From Sedimentisphaera cyanobacteriorum (lineage in GTDB: Bacteria > Planctomycetota > Phycisphaerae > Sedimentisphaerales > Sedimentisphaeraceae): 32,000 nt of DNA. Positions within the stretch are counted from its first letter, which is position 1. Each line of letters starts with the position of its first letter. The DNA lies in contig NZ_CP019633.1 in assembly GCF_001997385.1 (NCBI RefSeq), positions 1,500,001 to 1,532,000 on the forward strand. The letters run 5' to 3'. Positions 17,717-26,688 of the stretch are shown piece after piece. The translations under genes and the position numbers were made by a program. Under the pieces are notes generated by a model that worked only from the letters and a program-made list of their open reading frames with translations, was not told the DNA's origin and did not search any database.

Positions 17717-18946
17717 TCAGCTGATTTTGGCAATCCGCCGCATCGCTTCTTTAACGGTATCAAGCTCGTTAAACGCGCTGAGCCTGAAGTATCCCTCGCC
17801 TGCTGCGCCGAAGCCGGCACCGGGCGTGCCCACTAAATGCGCCTTTTCCAGAAGCAGATCGAAGAATTCCCATGAGCTCATTCCGTCTTTAGTTGAAAGC
17901 CATACGTACGGGGCATTCTCGCCTCCGTAAACGCTGTAGCCAAGGCCGCTTAGAGACTCCCTGATTACCGCCGCGTTGTTCATATAATACTGAACCACTT
18001 CCTGAATCTGCTTCTGACCTTCCGGCGTGTAAGCAGCTTCTGCACCCTTCTGGGTAACGTAGGAAACGCCGTTGAATTTAGTGCAGTGTCTTCTGTTCCA
18101 TATTGGATTCACTTCCACCGGCTCGCCGCTGGATTTGTATGCCTTGAGCTTATGCGGGACAACCGTAAACGCGCAGCGAACGCCTGTAAAACCGGCTGAC
18201 TTCGAGAAGCTTCTGAACTCTATCGCCACTTCATCCGCACCTTCAATTTCGTATATCGAATGCGGGATTGAATCATCCTGTATGAACGTCTCGTAAGCAG
18301 CATCGAAGAGAATCAGGGCTTTATTATCCCTCGCAAAATCCACCCATTTCTTCAGCGAGGCCTTGTCCGCCACGCTGCCTGTAGGGTTGTTCGGGTAGCA
18401 GAGGTATATCATATCCACCTGCTCTGACGGCAGCTCTGGTGCGAAGCCATTCTCCGCTGTGCAGGGCATATAAACAATCCCTTCATACTTTCCGTCTTTG
18501 CCGGCCTGACCTGTTCTGCCAGCCATTACGTTTGTATCAACATACACCGGATAGACGGGGTCCTGCACCGCTACCACATTATCTGTACCGAAGATTTCCT
18601 GAAGGTTTCCGGTATCGCATTTAGAACCGTCGCTGATGAATATTTCGCTCTTATCCAGCGATACTCCTCGAGATTTATAGTCGCATTCGATAATCCTCTC
18701 AGCAAGGAATCCGTAGCCCTGCTCGGGGCCGTATCCATGGAAGCCCTCAGCAGTTCCCATATCATCCACAGCACTCTTCATTGCTTCAACAATTGCCGGC
18801 ACGAGCGGCTTTGTAACATCGCCGATACCCAGCTTTATCACATCCGCCTGCGGGTTCTGATCTTTAAAAGTATTCACTCTGCGAGAAATTTCCGGAAAAA
18901 GGTATCCCGCCTGGAGCTTGAGAAAATTTTCATTAATCTTAATCAT
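17717..18946 (-). CDS. dapL: LL-diaminopimelate aminotransferase
   Basis: 409 aa. The N-terminus [24 protein letters not shown]...[12 protein letters not shown] is characteristic of DapL. The PLP-lysine motif [12 protein letters not shown] is present. A GAAGGA Shine-Dalgarno sequence lies upstream. Confidence 0.85.
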   Translation of the reverse strand: MIKINENFLKLQAGYLFPEISRRVNTFKDQNPQADVIKLGIGDVTKPLVPAIVEAMKSAVDDMGTAEGFHGYGPEQGYGFLAERIIECDYKSRGVSLDKSEIFISDGSKCDTGNLQEIFGTDNVVAVQDPVYPVYVDTNVMAGRTGQAGKDGKYEGIVYMPCTAENGFAPELPSEQVDMIYLCYPNNPTGSVADKASLKKWVDFARDNKALILFDAAYETFIQDDSIPHSIYEIEGADEVAIEFRSFSKSAGFTGVRCAFTVVPHKLKAYKSSGEPVEVNPIWNRRHCTKFNGVSYVTQKGAEAAYTPEGQKQIQEVVQYYMNNAAVIRESLSGLGYSVYGGENAPYVWLSTKDGMSSWEFFDLLLEKAHLVGTPGAGFGAAGEGYFRLSAFNELDTVKEAMRRIAKIS

Positions 18947-19071
18947 AATAATCCTTCGCTATTTGTGTTAGTGGAGGTTAGAAAGAAAACTCAAGACCTG
19001 ACAGTTTATCGATAAAACTGGAATAGTCAAATTTGGTTTCGGGGTGATTTGTTCAAAGAAACTTCCTGAGC

Positions 19072-20526
19072 CTATTTGAGCCTGTACAGCCTCGGAAAAC
19101 TGCTTATCTTATCCCACTTTCGCCCCTCGGGCGAATCGCTTACTTGTTTAACGGAAAAATAAGCCCTGCCATGTTCATATTCCTCCGGACTTCCATGCAC
19201 TACATCAAAATTCTTCCTGCTTCTTTCCTGCGCAAAATACAGCGGATACCTCGAAGAATTATCAGCAATGAGCACGCTGCCCTCGGGAACCATCTGCGCT
19301 ACCGCCTCAGACCAGAGGTGAGCAGAATTTTCATTGTTTTTCCAAGGCTTAATCCAATACCTTGCCTCGTCCCTGCGGTCTATCGTTCGCTGCCTTTTGG
19401 CAAGCTCATTCTTCTGGGCAATACTGCAAATACCGGAAAAAAACAGAGGCTGGAGCACAGCGAAACCAATCAGGAGATAACACAACCTTTCCTGTATCTT
19501 CTGCGGCAATTTAAAGAACTCGAATGCGTTGGCCGAACAAAGCCCAATCAGAATAATCGAGGGAAGAATAAACATAAACTGATCGGGGACAGAGTATCTA
19601 ATGAAAAATAAAAAATGAACGGCGGCGAGAAAAACAAGTGTCTTTCTATGGATGCCTGCCTCTCGGAAGTTTTTCAGCAATGCAAAAATCCCGGCTGCTG
19701 CAAAAACCGCAAGCAGATTGACAAAATTGAGCGAGGAGAAGAATGCGTTAGGCAAAGCAAATTTTGTAACGCCTGCAACATTGAACACCTCATCACCATA
19801 CCTGCCAACCAAGATATCCATTACAAGCTCTCCAATGCCCATTGGCTCTTTGCCGAGCTTAAACACAGAAGCAGCGATTAAAGGCAGGAGCCCTGCAATC
19901 CAGAACAGCCCTGCTATAATTATATGCTTGAAGGCGGTTTGCCTTTTGTAAAGCATATATATTACAACGCCCGCATAAACGGGGATTGAGAGAAGGGCAA
20001 GATTATGTACCGAAATACCGAGACCGTTGAAAAGAGCGAGCCAATACAAATTGGAAGCTCTCCCGTTCTCGATATATCTGAAAAGAAAAAGCAGCCCGAA
20101 GGTGAATAAAGCAAGCTGGGATGTGTATGTTTCGGTGATTGTCGAGAGCCACCAGAGCGTGTGAGAGAGCCCGAGGGAGAATGTTAGACCAAGGATCAGA
20201 AAGCTGTTTTTCGTGAAAAAACGCGAAATCACTGAGAAATTCGCAACCGCAATCGCACCCATAACTGCGCTGAATATATTAAGGCTCATCGGGAAAGGTA
20301 AAGGCAGTTTGGAAATTCCGTATCCAATCGTCATATAGAGCGGATGGCTGCGGCAGAGCCCGTATTCCTGCGAAACTATCTGCCCGTTCCAGCATCTCCA
20401 CTGATACTCGCCGTTATCCTGCCAGCTCACGCCCCTCTGAGCTGTGAAGCCGTAGATAAGGCTGAAGAAAATGAAAACATAAAGCCATTGCTTTTTCACA
20501 TTCGACCCTTCATTATCCTGAAGCAT
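19072..20526 (-). CDS. Polytopic membrane protein, DUF2723/GT39-like (TMEM260-type glycosyltransferase fold)
   Basis: About 484 aa from the ATG at 20526, which has a GGTGAG Shine-Dalgarno sequence and lies 5 nt after the permease stop. The track ORF begins at 20592, inside the upstream gene. The N-terminal block FTAQRGVSWQDNGEY...HPLYMTIGY...LNIFSAVMGAIAV resembles DUF2723. There are many transmembrane helices and a soluble C-terminal domain. The gene ends at a TAG. Confidence 0.6.
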   Translation of the reverse strand: MLQDNEGSNVKKQWLYVFIFFSLIYGFTAQRGVSWQDNGEYQWRCWNGQIVSQEYGLCRSHPLYMTIGYGISKLPLPFPMSLNIFSAVMGAIAVANFSVISRFFTKNSFLILGLTFSLGLSHTLWWLSTITETYTSQLALFTFGLLFLFRYIENGRASNLYWLALFNGLGISVHNLALLSIPVYAGVVIYMLYKRQTAFKHIIIAGLFWIAGLLPLIAASVFKLGKEPMGIGELVMDILVGRYGDEVFNVAGVTKFALPNAFFSSLNFVNLLAVFAAAGIFALLKNFREAGIHRKTLVFLAAVHFLFFIRYSVPDQFMFILPSIILIGLCSANAFEFFKLPQKIQERLCYLLIGFAVLQPLFFSGICSIAQKNELAKRQRTIDRRDEARYWIKPWKNNENSAHLWSEAVAQMVPEGSVLIADNSSRYPLYFAQERSRKNFDVVHGSPEEYEHGRAYFSVKQVSDSPEGRKWDKISSFPRLYRLK

Positions 20527-20530
20527 TTTC

Positions 20531-21571
20531 TCACCCGTAAATTTTTCTCGTTTTCGAAGATTTAAGCAGAAGATACACAAACACCGGCGCACCGGCGAAG
20601 GCGGTTATGATACCCGCTGGGAGCTGCTGAGGCGCTATTACTGTCCTTGCAAGCGTATCGGATACCACAAGAAAACACGCTCCGCAAAGAGCGCTGAGCG
20701 GAAGAAGCTGGCGGTGGTCGGGCCCGAATATCAGACGCACCGTATGAGGCACGATAAGCCCTGCAAAACCCACAAGACCGCTCAAACTAACCGCAGATGC
20801 TGTTACGAAAGCTGCGCAGGCAAAGCAGATTCCCCTCAGTCCCGCAGTGTTTATCCCGAGAGCTTTGGCATCGGTTTCCCCGAAGGTGATAACATTTAGC
20901 TTCGGTGCAAACCCCTGCAGAACCGATGCGGATATAACAAGCGGAATAAGCCCCGCAGACAGGTTGCCCGGGCGAACATCACGCACATTCCCCATAAGCC
21001 AGAGCAGAGTTGCATGGAGGTCTTCGCTTTTCACAGCGGTAATCATAAACATTATTACAGCTGAAAAGAACGAATTAACCACAACGCCGGCAAGCAGAAG
21101 GCCTGTCATATTGTTTTTGCCCGTGCGTTTGCCTATAGTCCAAACTATCCATATCGTTAGAAGAGCAAAGGCGAAAGCCATTATGCCCTTCCCGCTGACC
21201 CCCGCCCATGAAAAGGAAAAGCCCGTTATAGCCGCTGTTACCGCTCCGAGCCCTGCACCGCTGGATATACCGAGGATGTAGGGGTCTGCCAGGGGATTCT
21301 TCAGAAGTGCCTGAAACACAACACCAGCTATAGACAAAGACGCACCGACAATCGCTGCAAGCACGCAGCGCGGAAGCCTTATCTCAAAGAGTATAAGACA
21401 ATCGACATTTTCAGAAGTGTCTCCGGAAATTATTCCGTCGATTATATTACCAGCATTAAGGCTCTTAGAGCCCAAAAGACTGCATATCAGGATCAATCCT
21501 GCAAGCAGAGCAGAAAAGATTACAATCCTCAGGAGGAGTTTCTTTTTTGAAAGATGTTCAATCTCCAGCAA
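20531..21571 (-). CDS. FecCD/BtuC-family ABC importer permease (iron-siderophore/cobalamin type)
   Basis: A polytopic protein with FecCD-like blocks: LFEIRLPRCVLAAIVGASLSIAGVVFQALLKNPLADPYILGISSGAGLG and GPDHRQLLPLSAL. The likely start is the TTG at 21571, preceded by GGAGAGGA, giving 346 aa. The track's ATG at 21664 would overlap the upstream gene by 106 nt. Confidence 0.8.
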   Translation of the reverse strand: MLEIEHLSKKKLLLRIVIFSALLAGLILICSLLGSKSLNAGNIIDGIISGDTSENVDCLILFEIRLPRCVLAAIVGASLSIAGVVFQALLKNPLADPYILGISSGAGLGAVTAAITGFSFSWAGVSGKGIMAFAFALLTIWIVWTIGKRTGKNNMTGLLLAGVVVNSFFSAVIMFMITAVKSEDLHATLLWLMGNVRDVRPGNLSAGLIPLVISASVLQGFAPKLNVITFGETDAKALGINTAGLRGICFACAAFVTASAVSLSGLVGFAGLIVPHTVRLIFGPDHRQLLPLSALCGACFLVVSDTLARTVIAPQQLPAGIITAFAGAPVFVYLLLKSSKTRKIYG

Positions 21572-22427
21572 GTTTTTTTTCCTCTCCGCTTTGCTGCACT
21601 GCTGCCTGAAGCAGTTTTGCAGCCTTGACAATTCTCGGGCCGAGCCTTGAAACCACATCCGCATTCATTTGATAGATATTCCCCGCTTCAGCGGCGCTGG
21701 TTTTCCATCTGCTGTAATAATTCTGTTCCTTCAGCCTCTTAAAGCCCTGTGTTTTTACATCAGTTTCAATTATGATATCCGGATTCATCACTACCAGCGA
21801 TTCAGCATTATACTTTGGATAGCCGGTTTGCTCGGCAGCGTTTTCAGCGCCAACAATTTTAAGCAGGCTGTCGATATATGTGCCTTTCCCGGCAGCTATA
21901 ATCGGCTCGCGCTGTATTACTACGAGCGTCTTCGGGGGATTGGCTCCGGAGCTCAGCCTGCGCAGCTCGGAGAGGTTCTTTCTTATCTGAGCCTTGAGCT
22001 GCTTCCCCCTTTGCGAAACCCCCGCGGCTTCTGAAATCCGGTCTATGGCGGAATAAATATCGTCAATATTTTTCGTTTCCACAATCAGGCTTTCTGCTCC
22101 GACACCTCTGAGCCTCTCTCCTATGCGTCTATGGATTTCGGTGTTTGAGTGAAACACAATATCAGGCGAAAGGGAAATTACAGTTTCAATATCCGGCTCC
22201 ATTATCGAACCAACACTCTACTTCTCACTGCAAGCGGGCGGATAATCGCAGTATGAAGTTACACCGACAACCTGCTCGCCCAATCCAAGGGCGAATAAGA
22301 TTTCGGTGATATTTGGCGATAATGACACGATATTAGCGTTGTCCGCCTCCCGATTGGGCGATTCACTGCACGAAGCAAGAAATAAAACTGAGAGCAGCAA
22401 AAAGCTTATGATATTTTTTTTCTTCAT
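21558..22427 (-). pseudogene. BtuF/FhuD-like periplasmic substrate-binding lipoprotein, interrupted by one in-frame TAG (22220..22218)
   Basis: Track ORFs 22218..22454 and 21558..22202 share one frame. The junction reads ...VGVTSYCDYPPACSEK-TAG-SVGSIMEPDIETVISLSPDIVF, which follows the usual family pattern (YCDYPPEA..K..VG...P.iE.I..L.PDlV) across the stop. The likely start is the ATG at 22427 (AAGGAA Shine-Dalgarno sequence), giving the lipoprotein signal MKKKNIISFLLLSVLFLASC. Confidence 0.75.
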
Positions 22428-22627
22428 AAATTCCTTTAATACAAAACCCTGCAATAATTGAGCTCTGATTATATTGCATTTTAGCTTGAAAGCAATTTAC
22501 GAAAGCGTTATAATTCTAAATTAATGTATTATAGTTTTAGGGAAATGAACAAATTCATCAAAGGGCTGTAAAAAATAATAATTTATGTTATTATTACCCG
22601 CCTCAAAATAAAGAAAGAGGTGAAATT

Positions 22628-23302
22628 ATGAATATAAAAACAATACAGCAAGGCAGTTACCAGACAAACAGTTATGTTGTTACCAGCGAAGAACATCCGG
22701 GCAGATGCGCGGTAATTGATACAGGGCTTGAAAACCATAACCTGCTGGCGTATCTGAGCCTGAATAACCTTACCCCTGAGATGCTGATTCTCACTCACGG
22801 ACATCTCGACCACATCCTCGGGATACCGGCGTTGAAGAAGGATTATCCTGATATGAAGGTTTGCATACACAAAGACGACGAAAAGATGCTGAAAGACCCG
22901 CAGCTCAATATGAGCGGGGTGAGCGCTGTTTACGACGATTTCACCTTTGAATCTGTTGACAGAGTAGTGGAAGAAGGCGATATCATCGAAGTTATCGGGC
23001 TGTCATTCAAGGTAATACACATCCCCGGCCACACCAAGGGCGGGATGTGCTTGGAGGCGAGCGATAAGGGCGTGGTTTTCACGGGAGACTGCATATTCGC
23101 AGGGTCAATCGGACGAACCGACCTGCCCGGCTGCGTAAACGGAGACTGCATGAAGCAGCTGATAAACGGGCTGATCGAGAAGGTGCTGGTGCTGGATGAA
23201 AGCACTAAACTGCTCCCCGGACACGGCCCTTCAACTACCGTAGGGCTCGAGAAAAAGCACAATCCGTTCTTCAGCGAGGGAAGCCTGAGCCTGGCAGACT
23301 GA
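22628..23302 (+). CDS. MBL-fold metallo-hydrolase (glyoxalase II / YcbL-like)
   Basis: 224 aa. Motifs: LTHGHLDHILG (HxHxDH), a downstream HIPGHTKGG, and GDCIFAGSIGRTDLPG. An AGAGGTGA Shine-Dalgarno sequence lies upstream. Confidence 0.85.
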   Translation: MNIKTIQQGSYQTNSYVVTSEEHPGRCAVIDTGLENHNLLAYLSLNNLTPEMLILTHGHLDHILGIPALKKDYPDMKVCIHKDDEKMLKDPQLNMSGVSAVYDDFTFESVDRVVEEGDIIEVIGLSFKVIHIPGHTKGGMCLEASDKGVVFTGDCIFAGSIGRTDLPGCVNGDCMKQLINGLIEKVLVLDESTKLLPGHGPSTTVGLEKKHNPFFSEGSLSLAD

Positions 23303-23317
23303 TATTCGGGCAGTGAT

Positions 23318-23448
23318 TTACAGGTTTATTTTTTAGACAGGATTGACAGGATTTTTTAAACCACTAAGGGCACCAAGGGCGCGAAGATTTTTTGTAAATT
23401 GTTTTACAGCAAAGCTTTATATTTGTAAATCATCTGTGTCATCAGTGG
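23318..23448. repeat. Cluster of short tandem duplications in non-coding DNA
   Basis: gacaggatt occurs twice (23336..23353). cactaaggg/caccaaggg/cgcgaag occupies 23362..23386. catctgtg/tcatcagtg occupies 23431..23448. A partial inverted copy (RC aaaccaagggcg...agattttgtg, ...accacgaaatgctcgaaacacacgaagggg) lies at about 23940..24015. Confidence 0.6.
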
Positions 23449-23469
23449 ATAATAATTTTCGCTGCGAGT

Positions 23470-23738
23470 AAAATAGTGGACAGTTACCTAATAATTGTTT
23501 TCAACTGATGTGAGTTTGCAGCTTCTTTGATTATTCACAGGCTTTTACTCGACAGTTTTTTTCTGTGTAATTGCTTCACCAAGGCTTTAAACCGAGCAAA
23601 TATGCTTGTTGAGCGGCAGCTGCTCTTGAAGAACCACTTGCCGTCTCATCTCAACCAAATTCTTATGCCGGCCAATTCCCTATCTCATTATTTTATAAAG
23701 CTTATTACTGTTAAAAATAGGTAACTGTCCCCTGTTTT
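23470..23738. repeat. Inverted repeat pair bounding a 227-bp AT-rich segment
   Basis: GGACAGTTACCTA (23478..23490) and TAGGTAACTGTCC (23718..23730) are perfect 13-bp reverse complements. With flanks (aaaaYagK) the match extends to about 21 bp with 2 mismatches. Confidence 0.7.
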
Positions 23739-23740
23739 TA

Positions 23741-23767
23741 CAGCGGCGCGACGCAAGTCGCCCGCTG
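23741..23767. other. GC-rich hairpin with a GCAA (GNRA) tetraloop on the + strand reading
   Basis: CAGCGG-C-GCGAC-GCAA-GTCGC-CCGCTG gives 11 bp with one bulge. It is followed by the palindrome CTTTTCGAAAAG (23773..23784) and the further small hairpins CGCTA-tcc-TAGCG and GCTGC-attattaa-GCAGC. Confidence 0.5.
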
Positions 23768-24052
23768 GCATTCTTTTCGAAAAGATTTTTCGCTTACTGC
23801 CTGCTCTTCACGTTTCGCTATCCTAGCGGGGAGCTTGCGATCCTCCGCTGTAAGACGCTGCATTATTAAGCAGCGAACCGCTGACTCAGTCCGTAAATGC
23901 TGCGGCCATCTTTGGATAAAAAATAAATTGAAACCATATCCCCTTCGTGTGTTTCGAGCATTTCGTGGTAAAAAAACACAAAATCTGCGATGTTACGCCC
24001 TTGGTTTAACTGATGATTTCTGGCATACCATGGCAGCTTAAAGGGAGTGTTT

Positions 24053-24985
24053 TTAGTCATATTTCTTGTTCTTTTTGTTTCTAAAATCCCCCGGGGTTTG
24101 TCTGAGGTGTTTTCGGAACACCTTGCACATCCTGTCTGCCCCCGAAAAACCGCAAGCCAAAGCTATATGCGATACCGGCAGGGATGTGTTTGTCAGCATT
24201 TTTTTTGCACGCTCTATTCTGCATCTTGTGATCTGTTTGCCGAGAGTTGTACCGAGCAGCGCATGAAATTTCCTTTCGAGCGTTCTTCTTGTAACGGGCA
24301 GATTATCGGCCACATCATTTACAGTCATATTTCTATGGCTGTGGCTCCAGATGTAATGCATAGCCTCTGAAAGCAGCCTGTCCTTAAACAGATTCCTGTC
24401 CCCGCCCACTGCGTTGATAAACTCATCTGCGGGGGAAAAATCATCCTTATGGTCTATACTGAAAGACAAAATCTCCATAGCCATAGCAGAGAGCCTGAAA
24501 GAATTCTGCATCTGCTGGGATGTTAGAAGCTCCCACATGCCCTTATATATCTTCACAATCTCATCAGAATTTTCTAAATGCAGAGCACAATTCGCCGGCG
24601 AGATATAATTACGGTTTGCAAGCTTGTAGAGGTATTCGCCGTTAATGCTGATCCAATTCTCTTGCCAGCCGGTTTCTTTCAGGGGTCTGTATCTGTGCCA
24701 CACCTCGGGAAACAAAATCAGCATTGTTCCGGGCATCACATCCACAGTCCCCGTCGCTGAAGACTCAAACACACCTCTGCCCTGCGAGACAAAAACAATC
24801 TGATACTCCGGAAGAACTCTTCCAGATTCCCAGCTGAAGTTATAGATGTCGGGATGGCCGCAGGGAGGATACGGCGTGCCGGGGGCAAAAAAGGCCTGGC
24901 CTATGCCAGTGAGATAAATATCCCAGCTTATAGCCTTCTGATTGATGGGCAGGTAATGGTATTGATTTTCTATAGAATCCAGCAA
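24053..24985 (-). CDS. AraC-family transcriptional regulator, last gene of the rhamnose cluster (RhaR/RhaS-like role inferred)
   Basis: 310 aa. It starts at a TTG at 24985, and I found no upstream ATG before the stop at 25052..25054. There is a cupin-like N-terminal domain. The C-terminal HTH reads MTVNDVADNLPVTRRTLERKFHALLG...ALACGFSGADRMCKVFRKHLRQTPGDFR. Confidence 0.8.
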   Translation of the reverse strand: MLDSIENQYHYLPINQKAISWDIYLTGIGQAFFAPGTPYPPCGHPDIYNFSWESGRVLPEYQIVFVSQGRGVFESSATGTVDVMPGTMLILFPEVWHRYRPLKETGWQENWISINGEYLYKLANRNYISPANCALHLENSDEIVKIYKGMWELLTSQQMQNSFRLSAMAMEILSFSIDHKDDFSPADEFINAVGGDRNLFKDRLLSEAMHYIWSHSHRNMTVNDVADNLPVTRRTLERKFHALLGTTLGKQITRCRIERAKKMLTNTSLPVSHIALACGFSGADRMCKVFRKHLRQTPGDFRNKKNKKYD

Positions 24986-25155
24986 AATACGCTTCCTGTT
25001 TATACGTAAGGAAAAAAACGCATACTCTATATAACCAAAAAAACTCTGCGGTCAAGCTTAGAAAGCTTTTGCAAAACGCAAACGAGAGGCCCGGGTTTTA
25101 GAAATAAATCTTACGACCATGGGCGAAGATGAAATATACAAGGCCTATCTTTTGA

Positions 25156-26676
25156 TCAGGATAAAACCGACCCCTGAACATCATTGCCCAAAAGCTTGAG
25201 GTATTTTTGCAGGTAATAATCCAGATTCAAATTATTATCCAGAGGGACTCTCTGCGATTGAAAATTCAGCTCGATATCGAGCTGGTCAGGAGCCTTGCCT
25301 TCGATCGCAGCAAGGGCAAGTATAGCAGCTCCGGCTGATGATGCCTGAGGGATTGAAACAGTGTAACCCTCACTGCGAGGGAAAAGCTTCTGAAGCAGAT
25401 TGAGATAGGGTTTATTTTCAGCAAAACCGCCTTCCACATATATCTTATCGCCTTCTTTATAACCTGCATGCCTGAGAGCAACTGAAGACTGTATCGCAAG
25501 AGATAATGCCAATACAGCATCGGCTGTTTTGCGGTGTTTGAAAAATTGGGGGCAGTTTTCCTTTGTCATATCTTCGAAGTTTATTGTTCGCCCGCCCTCT
25601 ACAGCGCGGCCTTTGCCTGCGCCGAAAATCCCCATACCCGGCAAAACTGAAGGCAGTATAAATTTGTCTGCTTCTTCAAGCACCTTCGAATAGACGCTTC
25701 TTTCTTGCTCTGATGTTTTTCGGGGACTGCTGATATTATCCAAAAGTTTGGTGTATGCTTCATATTCCTTCCCGCCCATAAAAATGCTGGTTTTTACAGG
25801 ATTATTGAACACATCGAAGTTGTAAAAGATCATCTTACCTATCTGGTCTTCAGTGAGCTCGGCCTTCTTTGATGGACGCATCGCCACGCACCATGTACCG
25901 GTTGAATTCAGAACGAAATCATTTTTACTGCTTATAATATACGGCAGCAGGCTTGAGTTTGAATCGAGAATTCCGGAAGTTACAGCGCAGTCTTCAGGCA
26001 AAGAATAATTTTGGCAAATATGATTAAGCAGTTTGCCTGGGGAATCCCAAGATTTTGAGATTTTTTTCGGCAGCATTTTTCGTATGCCCAGCCCATCAAC
26101 AACGGAGGAATATTTTCTTGTTTGTGCATCAAGCAGATACGTATGGCAGCCTAGGATAGTGGGCTCTGCAACTGCCTTTCCTGTGAGCTTGTAAACAAAG
26201 TATTGCGGATAAGGCAAGATTCGTGCGGTATTTCTGAACTGCTCCGGAAACTTATGCTGAGCAAAATGAATCAGTTTTGCTAAATTCACCATATCGCCCA
26301 CTTCAGGTGTTGCAGTGGAAATATACAGCTGTTTGCGTGAGCCGAATTTTCGGTAAAAATCTTCAACAATGCTGGCGGGAGAGGAATTTGTATAGCTTAG
26401 AGGAGGCACTGTAAGCTCCCCGTTTTCGTCCACAAAAACAGCCTCTGCTCCGTGAGCTGCAACAGATATCGCCCTGATTCTGTATTCTTGGCTAAAATGC
26501 TTTAAGTTATCAAGAAACCAGCTCAAGACCCTATCGGGAGTTTCAATAAACAGGCCGTTTCGCTCAACAGCCGGGAAGGCCTTCTTGATTATCGATAAAG
26601 TATTCAGACGCTGGTCAAACAAGACGATTTTTTTATTCGTCTTGCCTACATCCAGCACAGCTATAGCTTCCTGCAT
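25156..26676 (-). CDS. rhaB: FGGY-family sugar kinase, probable rhamnulokinase
   Basis: 506 aa. The N-terminal ATPase motif is AVLDVGKTNKK, and the overall organisation is FGGY-like. It lies 12 nt downstream of rhaD in the rhaA-rhaD-kinase operon. Substrate specificity is inferred from context. Confidence 0.65.
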   Translation of the reverse strand: MQEAIAVLDVGKTNKKIVLFDQRLNTLSIIKKAFPAVERNGLFIETPDRVLSWFLDNLKHFSQEYRIRAISVAAHGAEAVFVDENGELTVPPLSYTNSSPASIVEDFYRKFGSRKQLYISTATPEVGDMVNLAKLIHFAQHKFPEQFRNTARILPYPQYFVYKLTGKAVAEPTILGCHTYLLDAQTRKYSSVVDGLGIRKMLPKKISKSWDSPGKLLNHICQNYSLPEDCAVTSGILDSNSSLLPYIISSKNDFVLNSTGTWCVAMRPSKKAELTEDQIGKMIFYNFDVFNNPVKTSIFMGGKEYEAYTKLLDNISSPRKTSEQERSVYSKVLEEADKFILPSVLPGMGIFGAGKGRAVEGGRTINFEDMTKENCPQFFKHRKTADAVLALSLAIQSSVALRHAGYKEGDKIYVEGGFAENKPYLNLLQKLFPRSEGYTVSIPQASSAGAAILALAAIEGKAPDQLDIELNFQSQRVPLDNNLNLDYYLQKYLKLLGNDVQGSVLS

Positions 26677-26688
26677 AACAGCCTCTAA

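Noticed and set aside
22455-22627. Cobalamin or other riboswitch upstream of the btuF-like operon
   Set aside because: The leader is short and very AT-rich. It has no B12-box-like GCCACTG element and no GC-rich multi-stem structure. It contains only a weak 5-bp hairpin and an AT-only 8-bp inverted repeat (22574..22595).
23336-23386. CRISPR-like or minisatellite array
   Set aside because: The units are only 8-9 bp, have 2-3 copies and no spacers. No cas genes are present in the window.
23741-23767. Group II intron domain V-like hairpin (AGC-containing stem with GNRA loop)
   Set aside because: At 27 nt it is too short, against my recollection of ~34 nt for domain V. The bulge is on the wrong strand for the GCAA-loop orientation. 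No intron-encoded protein or other intron domains lie nearby.
23835-24060. ORFs 23866..24060 (-, 64 aa) and 23835..24041 (+, 68 aa) as small proteins, such as a toxin-antitoxin pair next to the AraC gene
   Set aside because: They overlap each other on opposite strands and run through the short-repeat modules (for example ...FFYHEMLETHEGD... derives from the cacgaa..cacgaagg repeats). They have no recognisable family motifs and no ribosome-binding site.
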